Of a stretch of DNA of 64,000 nucleotides, positions 27,711-39,241 are shown one piece after another (within the stretch, counting starts at the first letter, position 1; each line of letters opens with the position of its first letter). Source of the DNA: the human T2T-CHM13v2.0 reference genome, Homo sapiens; NCBI RefSeq assembly GCF_009914755.1, contig NC_060940.1. One strand, 5' to 3'. Below the pieces are notes generated by a model. The model had not been told where the DNA came from and did not search any database. It was given only the letters and a program-made list of their open reading frames with translations. The translations under genes and the position numbers were made by a program.

Positions 27711-28720
27711 GTTTTCCATGAAAGGCTGTTGAGGATTATTTGATCTTTCTTAACCACGTGCATTTATTAGATCAGGAAAAAGAATAGTACAAATGGGATT
27801 ACGCCACTCCCCACTGAGTCCCCTCCAATGACCCTGGGGCTCCCAGAGCAGATCTCCGGTCCTCCTTGTGGACTCTGAGCCATGCTGGCCTGGCCCCACC
27901 TCCCTCTCCAGCCTCTGCTGCAGCCACACTCCACTTGAAGGCCTGCCACAGGGCCTTCAAATATGCTATTCCCTCCCAGGTGCTCTTTTCCCAGCTATCA
28001 CTGTAGCCAGCTCCTCACCTTCAGGTCTCAGATTAAACTTCATCAGACCTTCCAATTCTAATGATCTGTTTGTGTGGTTATTTGACCATTTCCCCAGTAG
28101 ACTCTAAGCTTCCGGAGGGCAGGGCCATGTCTGCTCACCCATGGGTGAATACCTGCCCCCAGCACTGCCCTGGCTCATGTGGAGTCTCTGCATATTTTTG
28201 GACATAACAAACAACGTAGTAGTGATCTAGCCCCTGCGACAAGACGTTTAGAAGCCTCTCTCCCATGGAGCACTGGTGCCTTCCCATTAGCCAAGATGTC
28301 GGCACAATCACTGTCCTGTTTCTTAGGCCTCACCAGGGAGGCCTCTGCGCAGTGATGTGGGATCAGGGAACTTGGCCTGAGCATAGGCTTGAACAGATGT
28401 GAGGGAAAGGGAGAAACAGTGTCTCCCGCAAAACATCTCCCTAATATCCTGACACGGGGCTTAAATTCCACCATAAAAATCACTCCTCGGGACTCTGGAA
28501 AGGCACCAGTGGAAGACAAATGAGATTGAAGGAGATAATGCCTGTGGCAGTGAAATACACGGCGGCATAAAAAAAAAACAAGGTCTCGAATGTTCTTGCA
28601 GTGGAGTGGTGGTTTCGCCCCATCCAGCTGGTGTCATGGCAGACCTGGTTTCTGTGGGGCTCCTACCTGCCCCCAGGCTGGGCTCTCCCATCCGGGAGAG
28701 CGGCGCGCCCCTCGTCCTCA

Positions 28721-28734
28721 CCACCAGGGGGCGC
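28721..28734 (+). promoter_or_regulatory. CTCF core motif, perfect match
   Basis: CCACCAGGGGGCGC matches CCASYAGRKGGCRS at every position, within a small CpG-rich patch. Confidence 0.65.
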
Positions 28735-28838
28735 AGGGGAGCCCCATCTCAGCACCTGCAGAGTGCACAGGTTGGGGGCACAAGCCCAGCTCCCACTTGG
28801 GTTTCATCGCCAACACCTGGAAAACTTAAGGAAACTTT

Positions 28839-28840
<2 letters not shown>

Positions 28841-28888
<48 letters not shown>
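28841..28888. repeat. (AC)24 microsatellite
   Basis: Perfect dinucleotide run. Confidence 0.97.
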
Positions 28889-28892
<4 letters not shown>

Positions 28893-30350
28893 GATTCTTT
28901 AACCCCCGTCCCAGAGAATCTGGTATGGAGTGGACCCTGGGAATTTAGTGGTTGTGTTGGTTTTTTAAACAAGTGCCTTGATTGCAACTGATGTAGCCAG
29001 GTCCGTGAACCGTGCGTGAGTTCACTACAAACCGACTTTGCCCTAAAACCGCACAAAGGAAATTAGCCACAGTCATCCCTGATCATGAGGGGAATGAGAA
29101 CAAAGGAAAAAGGAACCTAGATGAGTCATTCTTTTCTCTAATTTTCCACTGGCCATGCCCCCAAGTTCCCCGGCCACTGTGGACACACAGGGAGGGCGGG
29201 CGCCAGGACGGAGCCAGGGCTTAGTTGTCCTGCTGTGATGAGAACAGGCAATGTGAGGTTAACAAAGGTAAAGAGGCTGGAGGGAAAGAAGTCGTTAGTG
29301 CTGTCTGTGGATGCCCAAGACGCACATTTTAATTTTTCCACTTTTTCTGTGCTGGTTTCTTACCTCAGGTGCAGACGGCCAACAAACGGCAGCCCTCGGC
29401 TGCTGGTGCACCATTTTCGTCCCTGGCCCGACGGAACCCCTCTCTCGTTTCATTTCTCCAGCCCCCTCCTGAGGGTTTCCTACTCCCATTCCTTCTCTGC
29501 CTGTGGGCAACGGTTCCAACGGGTCTAAAGGGTGCTCTTAGTGTGGAAACAATTTGCATAAATGGTCTTGTGTTAGATATTTCGTTCTATTTTTCTCCCC
29601 TCCCCACCCCACCCCAACCCTCAGCAAGGTATTAAGACACACCCACTGTATTGGGTCCATATGCACTGTCCCTAGCTGGCACCCCTCACTCCATGGGGGG
29701 CGCCCCACGCTGTACTGTCCACTGTCCCAGTGGTAAGCTCCTCAGCTCTCACCATCATAAACGACACCATGAGGGACATGGAGGCACATGTCCCTTATGG
29801 ATGTGTGAGAATTCCACTAGCTGCTCACCCAGGATGGGATGGAACTGGGCTGTAGGGTGTGTTAATCAGATTAACTACAACTAGTCAGACTTTTATGCCC
29901 TAATTGTAAGAGAAAAGATTAGTTTAGTAAATGCAAGTATCCCATGACGCAAATGCTTTTGGGCCCCAAAGGGCAGCACAGAGCCTTCAAAACTGGACAC
30001 AATCCCTTCTGACTATTCCTCTCTGTGCATGTGGGAAATAGAGAGCACCGTTCTTGTCCTTCACACTTTAGTTTCTGCTCAAATATCTAAAATCAAGGTG
30101 AAGAAACCCTCTCTGTGAGCAAATATGGAAGAGGATTTGGGGATCCCCAGGGGGTGAGCTGGAACCACGGAATCGGTCTCATCTGGGAGTTTGCTAGAAA
30201 TCCACAGCCCAGACCCCAATCAATCAGAAACTGCAGAGGTGGGGCCCGGAAGTCCATGTTTGAACAAGTCTCTGGGGGACTCTCAGACATGTTGAAGTTT
30301 GGCGATAAATAAGGGCAAGCCTAGTTGATATCTAGGTAGGAGATATACAT

Positions 30351-30577
30351 CAGGGGTGTCCTCTTTTGGCTTCTCTGGCTGGGCCACATGGAAAGGAGAA
30401 GAATTGTCTTGGGCCATACCTAAAATACACTAACACTCACCATAGCTGATGAGCTAAAAAAAGAAAATGACAAAAAATTTCATAATGTTTTAAGAAAGTT
30501 TAGGAATTTCTGTTGGGCCACATTCAAAGCTCTCCTTGGCCACATGTGGCCCTAGAGCCTTGGGTTGGACAAGCTTG
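30351..30577. mobile_element. MER30 (hAT-Charlie MITE)
   Basis: caggggtgtcc..gggccacat..aaaatacactaacact..gggttggacaagcttg; 8-bp TSD-like atatacat / atataggt. Confidence 0.85.
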
Positions 30578-33059
30578 ATATAGGTGGATCAATAGATACA
30601 GATTGACTGATTGAATGAAACTGGTTTTGGCAAATCGTAGAACACAGAAGCACAAGCTTGAAATTCCCCTCAGAGAGCATTTGGTGGTCTGACCCCCAGA
30701 ATCTTCCTGGAAAAGAAGCCAGGAGCACTTAGCAGTTGGGACTGAGGTACCAGCCGTCTGCTTCAAGCAGAAGATCTCAACTGTTTTCTATTTTACAAAG
30801 GACACATCTTGGGAAGGTTTCCTTAGAAAATAAGGTCCCAGGATGAGATGAGCTAAAAACTCCTAACCCATTCCAGTCTCTCCTCATTTTACAGACAAGG
30901 AAACTAAAGCCCAGAGAGACAAACTGCTTCCCTGAAGGTCACACAGCTATTCCTGGCAGAGGCAGGCAGACTGAGTTCATCTGGATCCAGGGCTTCCTGT
31001 GTGCGCTGCACCAGCCCTACGTGAGTATAAGAAGGTTCTGGATGGGCTCTCGGAGCCGTCGAGACAATCCCATGCCGGGCAGCCTGATTTGAGCCCCCCA
31101 AGGACCCGGAGCGAGCTTGCTGGGGCCTGCTCAGTCCTCCCCACTTTGGAGCCCACCCCCCATCAGAAACACGGAAAGCCAAGCTGGCACACAGCTGGCG
31201 GCTTCAGGTTCCCGGCCAAGTTCATTTTGACATTACAAGACAAAAAGCACAGCATGTTGCGATGGGACTGGCCGTTACTGCGGTGCCATTCAACAGGGTT
31301 TACGATTTTCCTGGAGCCTCTCGGCCGGGTGATGCCAGAGAGTAAGCCAGAAAAAGAAAATTCCTAGGTGACGTAAATGCAGTCACGACGCTTGCGAGGG
31401 GCATGCACTTTTCCTGCCCCGGGAAGGGGTGGGGTGCGGGGAACGGAGCCATTTTAGATCCAAATAGAGAAAGAGAAAACGAAAAAAAAAAAAAAAAAAA
31501 ACCCTGTGCTGTGTATTCATTTCATTGCATAAGATCCTTGTTCACTCACTGGCTTTGTTTTCCAACCAAATGCCTTTGACTTAATAAATGCTCTGGGCAA
31601 TTAGCAGACAGGGGGCCCCCCATGAAATCATCAGAGCTGAGATCACTCGAGAGGGTATCAGACAGTCAGGACATTAATTGCATTATTTTATTTCCAGATA
31701 AAAGTTATTTTGGTGGAGCCAGGCTTGCCAGAGAAGAAGCTGATAAGATCAGATGCCGTCTCTCACTGCCAGATATCCTATTAGGGGTCTCAGCAGACAG
31801 GGGATTGGGTGACAGTCCAGATCTGCATGGACAGCAGGAGTTTGTTTCAGGCCAGAGGAAAAGCCCAGGGTGCCTGAGGAGTTCCCTTATGCCATGGAGA
31901 AGCAAAGTGGGCTATGCAGGCCCTCTGGGGGCTTTAGATAAAGCGAGTACGCTTCTGATGGCCCTAGCCACAGCAATGGCTTTCACAGGAAAGAAAAAAA
32001 AATTCTCTTCTCTTTCTTTTTCAAGGGAGGGTCTCTTGGTTCCTTAGTAAACATAGATGCCTGGACTCGGTGCGCAGCCTAAGGTCTCTCTCTCTTGGCA
32101 GTGGCCCAAAACGCTCTCCCAAGCAAAAGGGAAAAGAAGACAGAGGGGGGTTGGGGATTGTGTCAGGTAGTGAGCTGTTTCCTGGAGAAGCCTGCGTCTG
32201 GTTCCAGAGGGAAGTGAGTTTCTAAGAGAAGGCATCTGTAGGAATTTTGCCCATCAGCCGTGACACCAGCACTGCTGTTGGAGGGATGAACAGCTCATGA
32301 CAAAGTCCTGTCTCCTCTCTCCCCTTCCCCGTGTCTGTGCAATATCATTAGAACTGGCAGACCCTTATTAAAAACAGTTGGCCACTGAGAGGCTATATCC
32401 TGTGTGAGACAGAAGCCCAGATGGTAGGTGGTCTTACTTTTGGGGTGGGGTGTTCCAGGTGGTAACAGCCTCGAGGGCGGGAGGACCATGCCGCCTCTTT
32501 CTTGGCGTCCGTAGGTGGTTCCTGCCTCCTTCCCTTTGGCAGGTGTGTGGGAAGGATTGAGTGTGAAGGGATGCTCACAAGCACTGAGAAGATGGCCTGG
32601 CTCTTGTGAAATGACAGAGGTGGCCTGGGAGGTGTCCCGGACCCTGGATTTAATGTGCAACACATGGTTCAGTCGGTCCCAATGTTGGGACTGTAGAGAA
32701 CGTACCAGAAGCCTCACAGATACTCAAGGAGTCGTGATTATTAGGACTGGGCTGAGTTAGCTCTATCTAGTACTTTGTAATTTTAAAGACCTACTCAAGC
32801 AATATTACAATATAAACGGGATCACATGGACTACCTTTCTACTTCAAACAACTCCAGAGGCATCCTGCTGTGGATAACAGAAGCTGATTCTCTTTCTCTC
32901 TCCGCCTCCTCCTCGTCTTCCACCTCCCTCATAAAGCATCCCCCAGCACTGACAGGGTACCGTCATAATGATGGTTATATTGAACTATGTGAGTGCCTAC
33001 TCTTTGCTAACCAAACTAAATTATTAGTTGCATCATTTCATCTCAACTTCACACAGTTA

Positions 33060-33249
33060 TTATATTTTTTCCTTTTCCTTTTATTATGGCAAAGTCTAGT
33101 TAATGTAAACCTTGCCATTTTAACTTTTTTAAAGTGAATATTTCAGTGGCATTGGGTCCATTCGCATTATCGCACCACCATCGCCACCGTCCAATTTCAA
33201 AACTGTTTCCATCCTGCAGAACTGGCACTTAGTATTCATTACACGACCC
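33060..33249 (-). mobile_element. L1MB-like 3' terminus, left part of an interrupted element
   Basis: ttttattatggcaaa..cttgccattttaac..ttcagtggcatt..caccaccatcgccaccgtcc. Confidence 0.75.
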
Positions 33250-33970
33250 CCTCCTGCAGCCACGCTGGGAGCTGACCCTCTCCACCCATGCTTCGTGCAC
33301 TCAGGCGCTCATCCAGGGATCATCCTGTACCTCAGACTCCGCCAAGAACTGTCCAGCCCCAGGGCCTTTGCAAGCGCTGGTTGCACTGCCTGGGATGCCC
33401 TCTCCCAGCTCACCACGTGGCTGGCTCTTTCCCATTCATTGGCCTCAGCCCAGTGGCCTCCTTCTCGTCAGAGAGGCCGCCCCTGCCTGCCCTGGCTGGC
33501 CGGCCCCTCCCCCACAATGACTCTATGACATCATCGTGTTCCTTCTCCTCGGAGCCCTCAGACCCTCTGAAATCCTCTGGTCTGTGTTTTGTTTCCTCCG
33601 TCTCTATCTCTCTCCCCACTAGAAGGCAGGTCTCAGGAGGGCAAGGACCCGGCCTGTCCAGCTTCCAGCCGTAGCCCCAGGGCCGGGTGTGCGGTAGATG
33701 CTCAACAAGCCTTCTTTCCTCCCACCAGCCTTTCCTCCACAAGGGGAGACAGGACTTGGGGGTGTTTTTGGGGGTCTAAACAACACAAGGGAAAGAGACG
33801 CTGAAGTGGGTGAGCTGGCCTCGCACTGCACTTCCTGCTGGAGTTCAAAGTCAGCCCTGCCCCTGGAACTGCCATGGCCAGTTTAGATTGTTCCAGAATC
33901 CCGCTGCAGGCTGTTCAAAAGGCTCCCAGCTGCTATCAGGAAATAGCTCAGGAAGGTCCCTGTTAAACAC
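33250..33970 (+). repeat. Inverted-repeat arm A (~720 bp; L2 3' fragment plus unique sequence)
   Basis: Reverse complement of 39242-39961; mirrored ORF pairs 33288+/39923- and 33810+/39402-. Confidence 0.97.
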
Positions 33971-34745
33971 CACCCCCATCCCCGTAACCCTGAGCAGCCC
34001 TCCGCCACCTGCTATTTTCTATCTCTGAGAATTTGCTGACATTAGGCAAGTCATGTCTGTGGAATTATACAATGTTTGTCCTTTTATGAGTGGTTTGTTT
34101 CACTCGGCACCATATCCTCAAGGCTCACTCATGTCATAGCAGGTGTCAGAACTTCCTTCCTTTTTAAGGCTGAATAATATTCCACTGTATGGATGGACCA
34201 CGTTTTGTTTATCCATTCTCCTGTCAATGAACATTTTCGTTGCTCTCAGCATTTGGCTGTTAGGAATAGCGCTCTGAGGACATTTGTGCACACGTGTTTG
34301 CATGGATTTAATTGTTTTTCCTTTTCTTGCCTGTTCTTGGGTGTCGTGGCCAAGAAGCCACTGCCGAGTCCAACATTGTGAAGCTTTCCCCCTATGTTTT
34401 CTTCTAAGAGTTTTGTAGTTTTTTTACATTTAGTTATTATGGTAATGCCTTTGATCCTTTTTGAGTTAATTTTTTGTATCTGGTGTAAGAGAAGGGCTCA
34501 ACTTCATTCTTCTGCATGTGGTATTCAGTTTTCCAAATACCATTTTTTGAAAAGACTGCCCTTTCCCCACTGAAGGGTCTTGGCTCAAGACACTTGAATG
34601 TCAAATAAGTCAAAGGGCTTCTTTCTGGGCTCTGTGTTCTGTCCCATTGGTCTGTCTGTCTGTATGTAGGTCAGGACCACAGTGTTTTGATTGTCATAGT
34701 TTTCTAGTAACTTTTGAAATCAGAAAGTGTATGACTTCCAACTTC
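33971..34745 (-). mobile_element. L1MB-like continuation (3'UTR and ORF2 end), right part of the interrupted element
   Basis: ttccttcctttttaaggctgaataatattccactgtatgg..ttgagttaattttttgtatctggtgtaag. Confidence 0.85.
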
Positions 34746-35015
34746 CTGGTTTGTATTTTTACATTTTATATTTTGTCCCCATTTTACAGATGAGACAAAG
34801 GAAGCTCAGAGAGGGGAACTGACTTCCGAGGTCACAGAACAAGCAAGGGTGGGACAGGATTTGAACCCAGGCTTGTTTGACCCCAGCCCCTTTCAACAAA
34901 CATTTCTGTCTCAGCTTGGATCACAGAGCAAGAAAGTTACAGCCCTTCCCAGCCCCCTTCCTGTCCTGCTGATGAATTCAGCTGGGGTGGCAGCCTCGAC
35001 ACATCTCAAAGGCTC

Positions 35016-35365
35016 TGATACGGTTTGGCTGTGTCCCCACCCAAATTTCACCTTGAATTGTAATAATCCCAGCATGTCAAGGGCAGGGCCAAGTGGAGAT
35101 CATTGAATCATGGAGGTGGTTTCCCCCATGCTGTTCTCGTGGTAGTGAGTAAGTCTCACGTGATTTGATGGTTTTATAAATGGGAATTCTCTGTCAAAAG
35201 CTCTCCTGCCTGCCACCATGTAAGACCTGCCTTTGCCTGTCCTTTGTCTTCTGCCGTGAGTGTGAGGCCTCCCCAGCCATGTGGAACTCTGAGTCCATTA
35301 AACCTCCTTCTTTATAAATTCCCCATTCTCAGGTATGTCTTTATTAGTAGCGTGAGAACAGATGA
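35016..35365 (+). mobile_element. THE1 (B/C-like) solo LTR
   Basis: tgatacggtttggctgtgtccccacccaaat..gaggcctccccagccatgtggaac; 5-bp TSD GGCTC at 35011-15 and 35366-70. Confidence 0.9.
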
Positions 35366-37099
35366 GGCTCACTGGACTAGCTGGTGGGGGAGGAGAAAGC
35401 AGCCCATGTTCCCTCTGTCAAGCAGGACCATTTTGTTTTCCTCAGTTTCCCTCTTCCACTTCCACTTGGGGACCCCCACAGCCATGGCCAGAGAGAGGGA
35501 GCTTGGGGTCCCAGTGCCTGGTACAAACTCACTCTGCCCCTCACTGCCCTTGGGGTCCCCACTCTGTGGGGTCAGGGACCGGGGTCCACAAGGAACTGCT
35601 TGTCGCCATCTTCCCACCCCCCACCCCAAAGGGGCTTGAGCATGTTCCCAGGCTCGCTTTCCCCACTGAAGGAGGGGTGGCTGTGTGAGTCCTTCCACTT
35701 CATGACCCTCTCTGTTTCCTTATATGTTCAGCAAAGGCTTGACTGAAGTCACGGGTCTCATCATTCCTTTCCTAAGCTTTCTTCAAACAGCATGGTGCGT
35801 GGATGAGGACACACGTGCTCTGTAGAAGGTGGGGCCACAAAGCCCTGCCGACCGACCTTTCCTGCCTTCTGCCTCTAAGGTGCAACCCCGAAAGCACCTG
35901 CTGGAACCTTTGGGGCTCAGGGAGCACAGCCTGGAAGCAGGGGGATACTCCCCAGGGCTGCAGTCCACCTCGGAAGCTGCTCACCACAGGTGTCTGCTTA
36001 CACTTCAATTCAGATCACATAAGATACACATGCAGCTCTTAGGCTTCTGAGCCACCCTTCAAGAGCACAGCCACTCGTGGCTAATGGCTGCTGACTGGAA
36101 CCCTGCATGGCCCAATCTGGAACTTTTCATCACCCCAGAGCATCCTGTGCAGTGCTTCTCCCGGGGAGCCCTGCAGGCAGTGACCTCCAGCTCCGAGCCT
36201 GATCCCACATGAGCAGGAAGAAGACAGCCCAGGGAGGCTGCCCACAGCCACAAGCTCATTTCTCATGGCAAACCACAAATGGGAGATGCTAAGAAATTAG
36301 AATAGAGGATGCTCCAGAGCAGACGCTCCTGTTTACAGGTACCTGGTTCTATGCAGTCACGCATGAAAGGAAAATGGTGATATCTAAGAAACAGAGGAAT
36401 CCATGGGCTCAACCAATGAGGTCGTAAGGAGCTCTAGGATGGGGGTGTCACAGAGGTCTCACATGTTTAGGTGGGTGGAGAGTTTCAGAGCATGACTGGT
36501 TGATAATAACTGGTAGGCACTGTTGGCGGACGGCAACCATGCCAGGCATATAGCAGGGTGCTGCGTCTTCTCTAATTCTCACTGCGGCCAATGAGTTTAG
36601 AGATTTTCACTCCCATTTTAGAGATCAGCTGAGACACAGAAAGGCCAAGCAGCTTCCTCAGTCAGAAAAGGGGCAGAGCCAGGGTTCACCCCCTGGCAGA
36701 GCCATGCACCAGTTCTGCAGAGCCCAGGACGGGGTGAGGCCAGTCGTGAGGGACAGAGAAAGGCCTAAAGAAAGAGGAGGACAGAAAAAGGGCCCGTGTT
36801 GGACAGAGAAGGAGCGATTACTGAGGCCTGAGGTCAGGCTCATGGAGGGCACTGGCCTGTGGTCCGCAGTGGCATTCAGAGCATGCGTTGGTCCTTCCAC
36901 CACCATGTATAGCTGGTGCCCTTGGAGATTCCATCTGCTTTCCTATGGGGTCTGTGAGGTTGGACTTCGGGAGCCCATTTCATGGACCTGAACACTGAGT
37001 ATCAGAGGGAAGAGTTTGCCAGGGGTCAGCCTCTGTATCCTCTCTCCCCACGCTACATCTGAGATTCACCCAGAGGGGCCCTTGGGGAAACACCCAGTT

Positions 37100-37636
37100 G
37101 TTGAGAGCAGCAGATCTCAGACTTGGGCTTGCATGAGGGTTCCCTGGAGGGTCTGTGACGGGGCCGGGGTGGGGCTGAGAATGTGCATTTCTAACACACA
37201 AACTCCTTTCATCCTGCAGAGCTGAAACTCAGTACTCATTAAACAACTCCCTCCTGCAGCCACGCTGGGAGCTGACACTCTCCACACATGCTTCATGCAC
37301 CCAGGCGCTCATCCAGGGATCATCCTGTACCTCAAATACCCCCAAGAACTGTCCTGCCCCAGGACCTTTGCACATGCTGGACCCACTACCTGTGATGCCC
37401 TCTTCTGGCTCACCACGTGGCTGGCTCCATCTCATTCATTGGTCTCAGCCCAGTGGCCTCCTCATCAGAGGGGCTGTCCCTGCCTGCCCTGGCTGGCCCA
37501 ACCCCTCCCCCACAATGACTCTGTGATGTCACTGTGTTCCTTCTAGGAGCCCTCAGGGCTCTGGAATCCTCTGGTCTGCACCCAGGTGGCACTGCTGCTG
37601 CTGCTGGTCCAGATACCACCTTTTGAGAACCACTGG
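37100..37636. mobile_element. MER5A-like MITE split by an inserted duplication
   Basis: Left ..ggggtggggctgagaatgtgcatttctaaca and right cccaggtg..gctgctggtcc..ttttgagaaccactg join into a continuous MER5. Confidence 0.75.
37199..37578 (+). repeat. Third partial copy C of the duplicated segment, including the L1/arm-A junction
   Basis: Aligns to 33199-33584 at roughly 87% by eye. Confidence 0.93.
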
Positions 37637-39241
37637 TTTAAGGAACACGCCCCTCCCTGCTCATTCAGTTGAGGCCTCTCCTCAAGAAGATATCTTTGCA
37701 TTTGTTGTTTTTGTGTTGCTTTGTTTTGTGTTGCCGTAAAGATGTGAGATGCTGCTCCTGGGACTCCAGGCTGATTCCTGACACCAGCGTGTCTGCATTT
37801 TTGCAGAAGACCAGAGAATTCTGGGGTTCGAAGCTATGAGGTTTTGGGGTTTCTCTAAGGCAGTGGTGGGAGGAAGACCTCTCCCCTGAGCCCTCTCTCC
37901 TCAGCCAACCAGGAAGCTCAGAATTCCACAGCCTCCCTGACTCCCACCTCAGCAGGCACCAAGATTGCTGTAATTCGGCACTGGCAGGTCTTGCAGGAGT
38001 TCAACTGATCCTGGATCTCGCTCCTTTTGACCTGGAGTATTTTGTAGGCTCTTTCTTATCGACAAGCTGTGTGTTCCAGGGAAACTCTCTCCTCTCTCCC
38101 TGGTCCATGCTGAAAATGCCGTTGAGGGCTTTGCATCATTTCACTGTTCCCAGAGTGTCTACATTTAAAAGTTTCTCCAAAGATTTTCCTTCGTAAACGA
38201 TCATCAGAAGCACATCAAAAACCCTGAGCACTCTCCCCTCTGCCCTGCTCCCTGTTAGCTGATTTTATAACCCTCCTCCTCAGCGTAAACAGAGCTGATC
38301 ACTTTATACCCTTTGTATATTGTTTCTTAATATGAATGAAGTGAAACAGCTAGCCAGTAGTCATTCAAATTATTGCCTAACATAAACTGACAAGGAGCGT
38401 TGAAATGTTTAGCCTCAGAAACTGTGAACGTGGTCACAACTTAGTAATTAACTCACATTTACTTAACCCCAACATTCATTTTGTTATTATTATTATTTTT
38501 AATCAAGGAAACAAGGTTCATTCTGTGGGATAAGGATTGGATCTGATCTGCGGCCATTTACTTTCTACGCAACCTACCCCTGCCCTCACTGCCGACGCTG
38601 CCTCAATCAGCTTCCCAGGGACAAACGTGAAATCAAGCCCACCAGCTCCAAGACAAACACAATCTCAGGGACTGGGCCCCAAAGCCACGATGGGCAGGGA
38701 TTGCTCCCAGACGAGGGAATGCTTTCAAAAGAAACAGAGAGTTTTTACCTTTTTGCCAACAATTCTGTGGGCAACATTTGTTTTCTATTTTCCTTTTTTT
38801 CTCCCACTAAATCACTTTTATAAACTCCTCAAAAGTTTCAGTTTATTCAGTGACAATTAGTTTATGGCATTTCTGAAGTGGATTTAGATTCGAGTGATAA
38901 AATTACAAGCCAAAATTGCAACCATAATGGAAAATCCTGGTTCATGTTTGGCCTTTGAGACCACAACTGAGAGATTACGGGTGGACGCCAGCGAGCAGGG
39001 GGCAGCAGTCACTGAGCGTTCCCTTCCCCACGGAGTAGGGTCCCAATCTGCCAACTCCTGGGGTGTTGGCGGGACAGGAGGCATGGACGTGGCAGAACAC
39101 GTGGCAGGACAGGTGGAAGAAGAACACAGGCTGGTTGGCAGGTTCACGTCTTCTCGCCCCGAGACATGTTCTTTCTGTCCTCAATTTCAGAACCAGCACT
39201 TTCCTGAATTCCAGGCCAGCTGATTGCATCTCAGTTTCTTA

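Larger units (their letters stand above)
19680..33520 (-). ncRNA. LINC00917: Probable span of lncRNA LINC00917; exons not resolved
   Basis: Placed from recalled annotation (minus strand, ~7-21 kb centromeric of D16S539), not derived from sequence. The projected 3' end coincides with a minus-strand AATAAA at 19698-19703. Boundaries approximate. Confidence 0.45.

Noticed and set aside
33288-33674. Duplicated 128-aa ORF, with a twin at 39537-39923 (-)
   Set aside because: It lies in L2-derived sequence, many differences are non-synonymous, and it resembles no known protein. The similarity reflects the DNA duplication.
35265-35282. PRDM9 hotspot motif in the THE1 LTR
   Set aside because: It reads CCTCCCCAGCCAT, not the hotspot-associated CCTCCCTAGCCAC.
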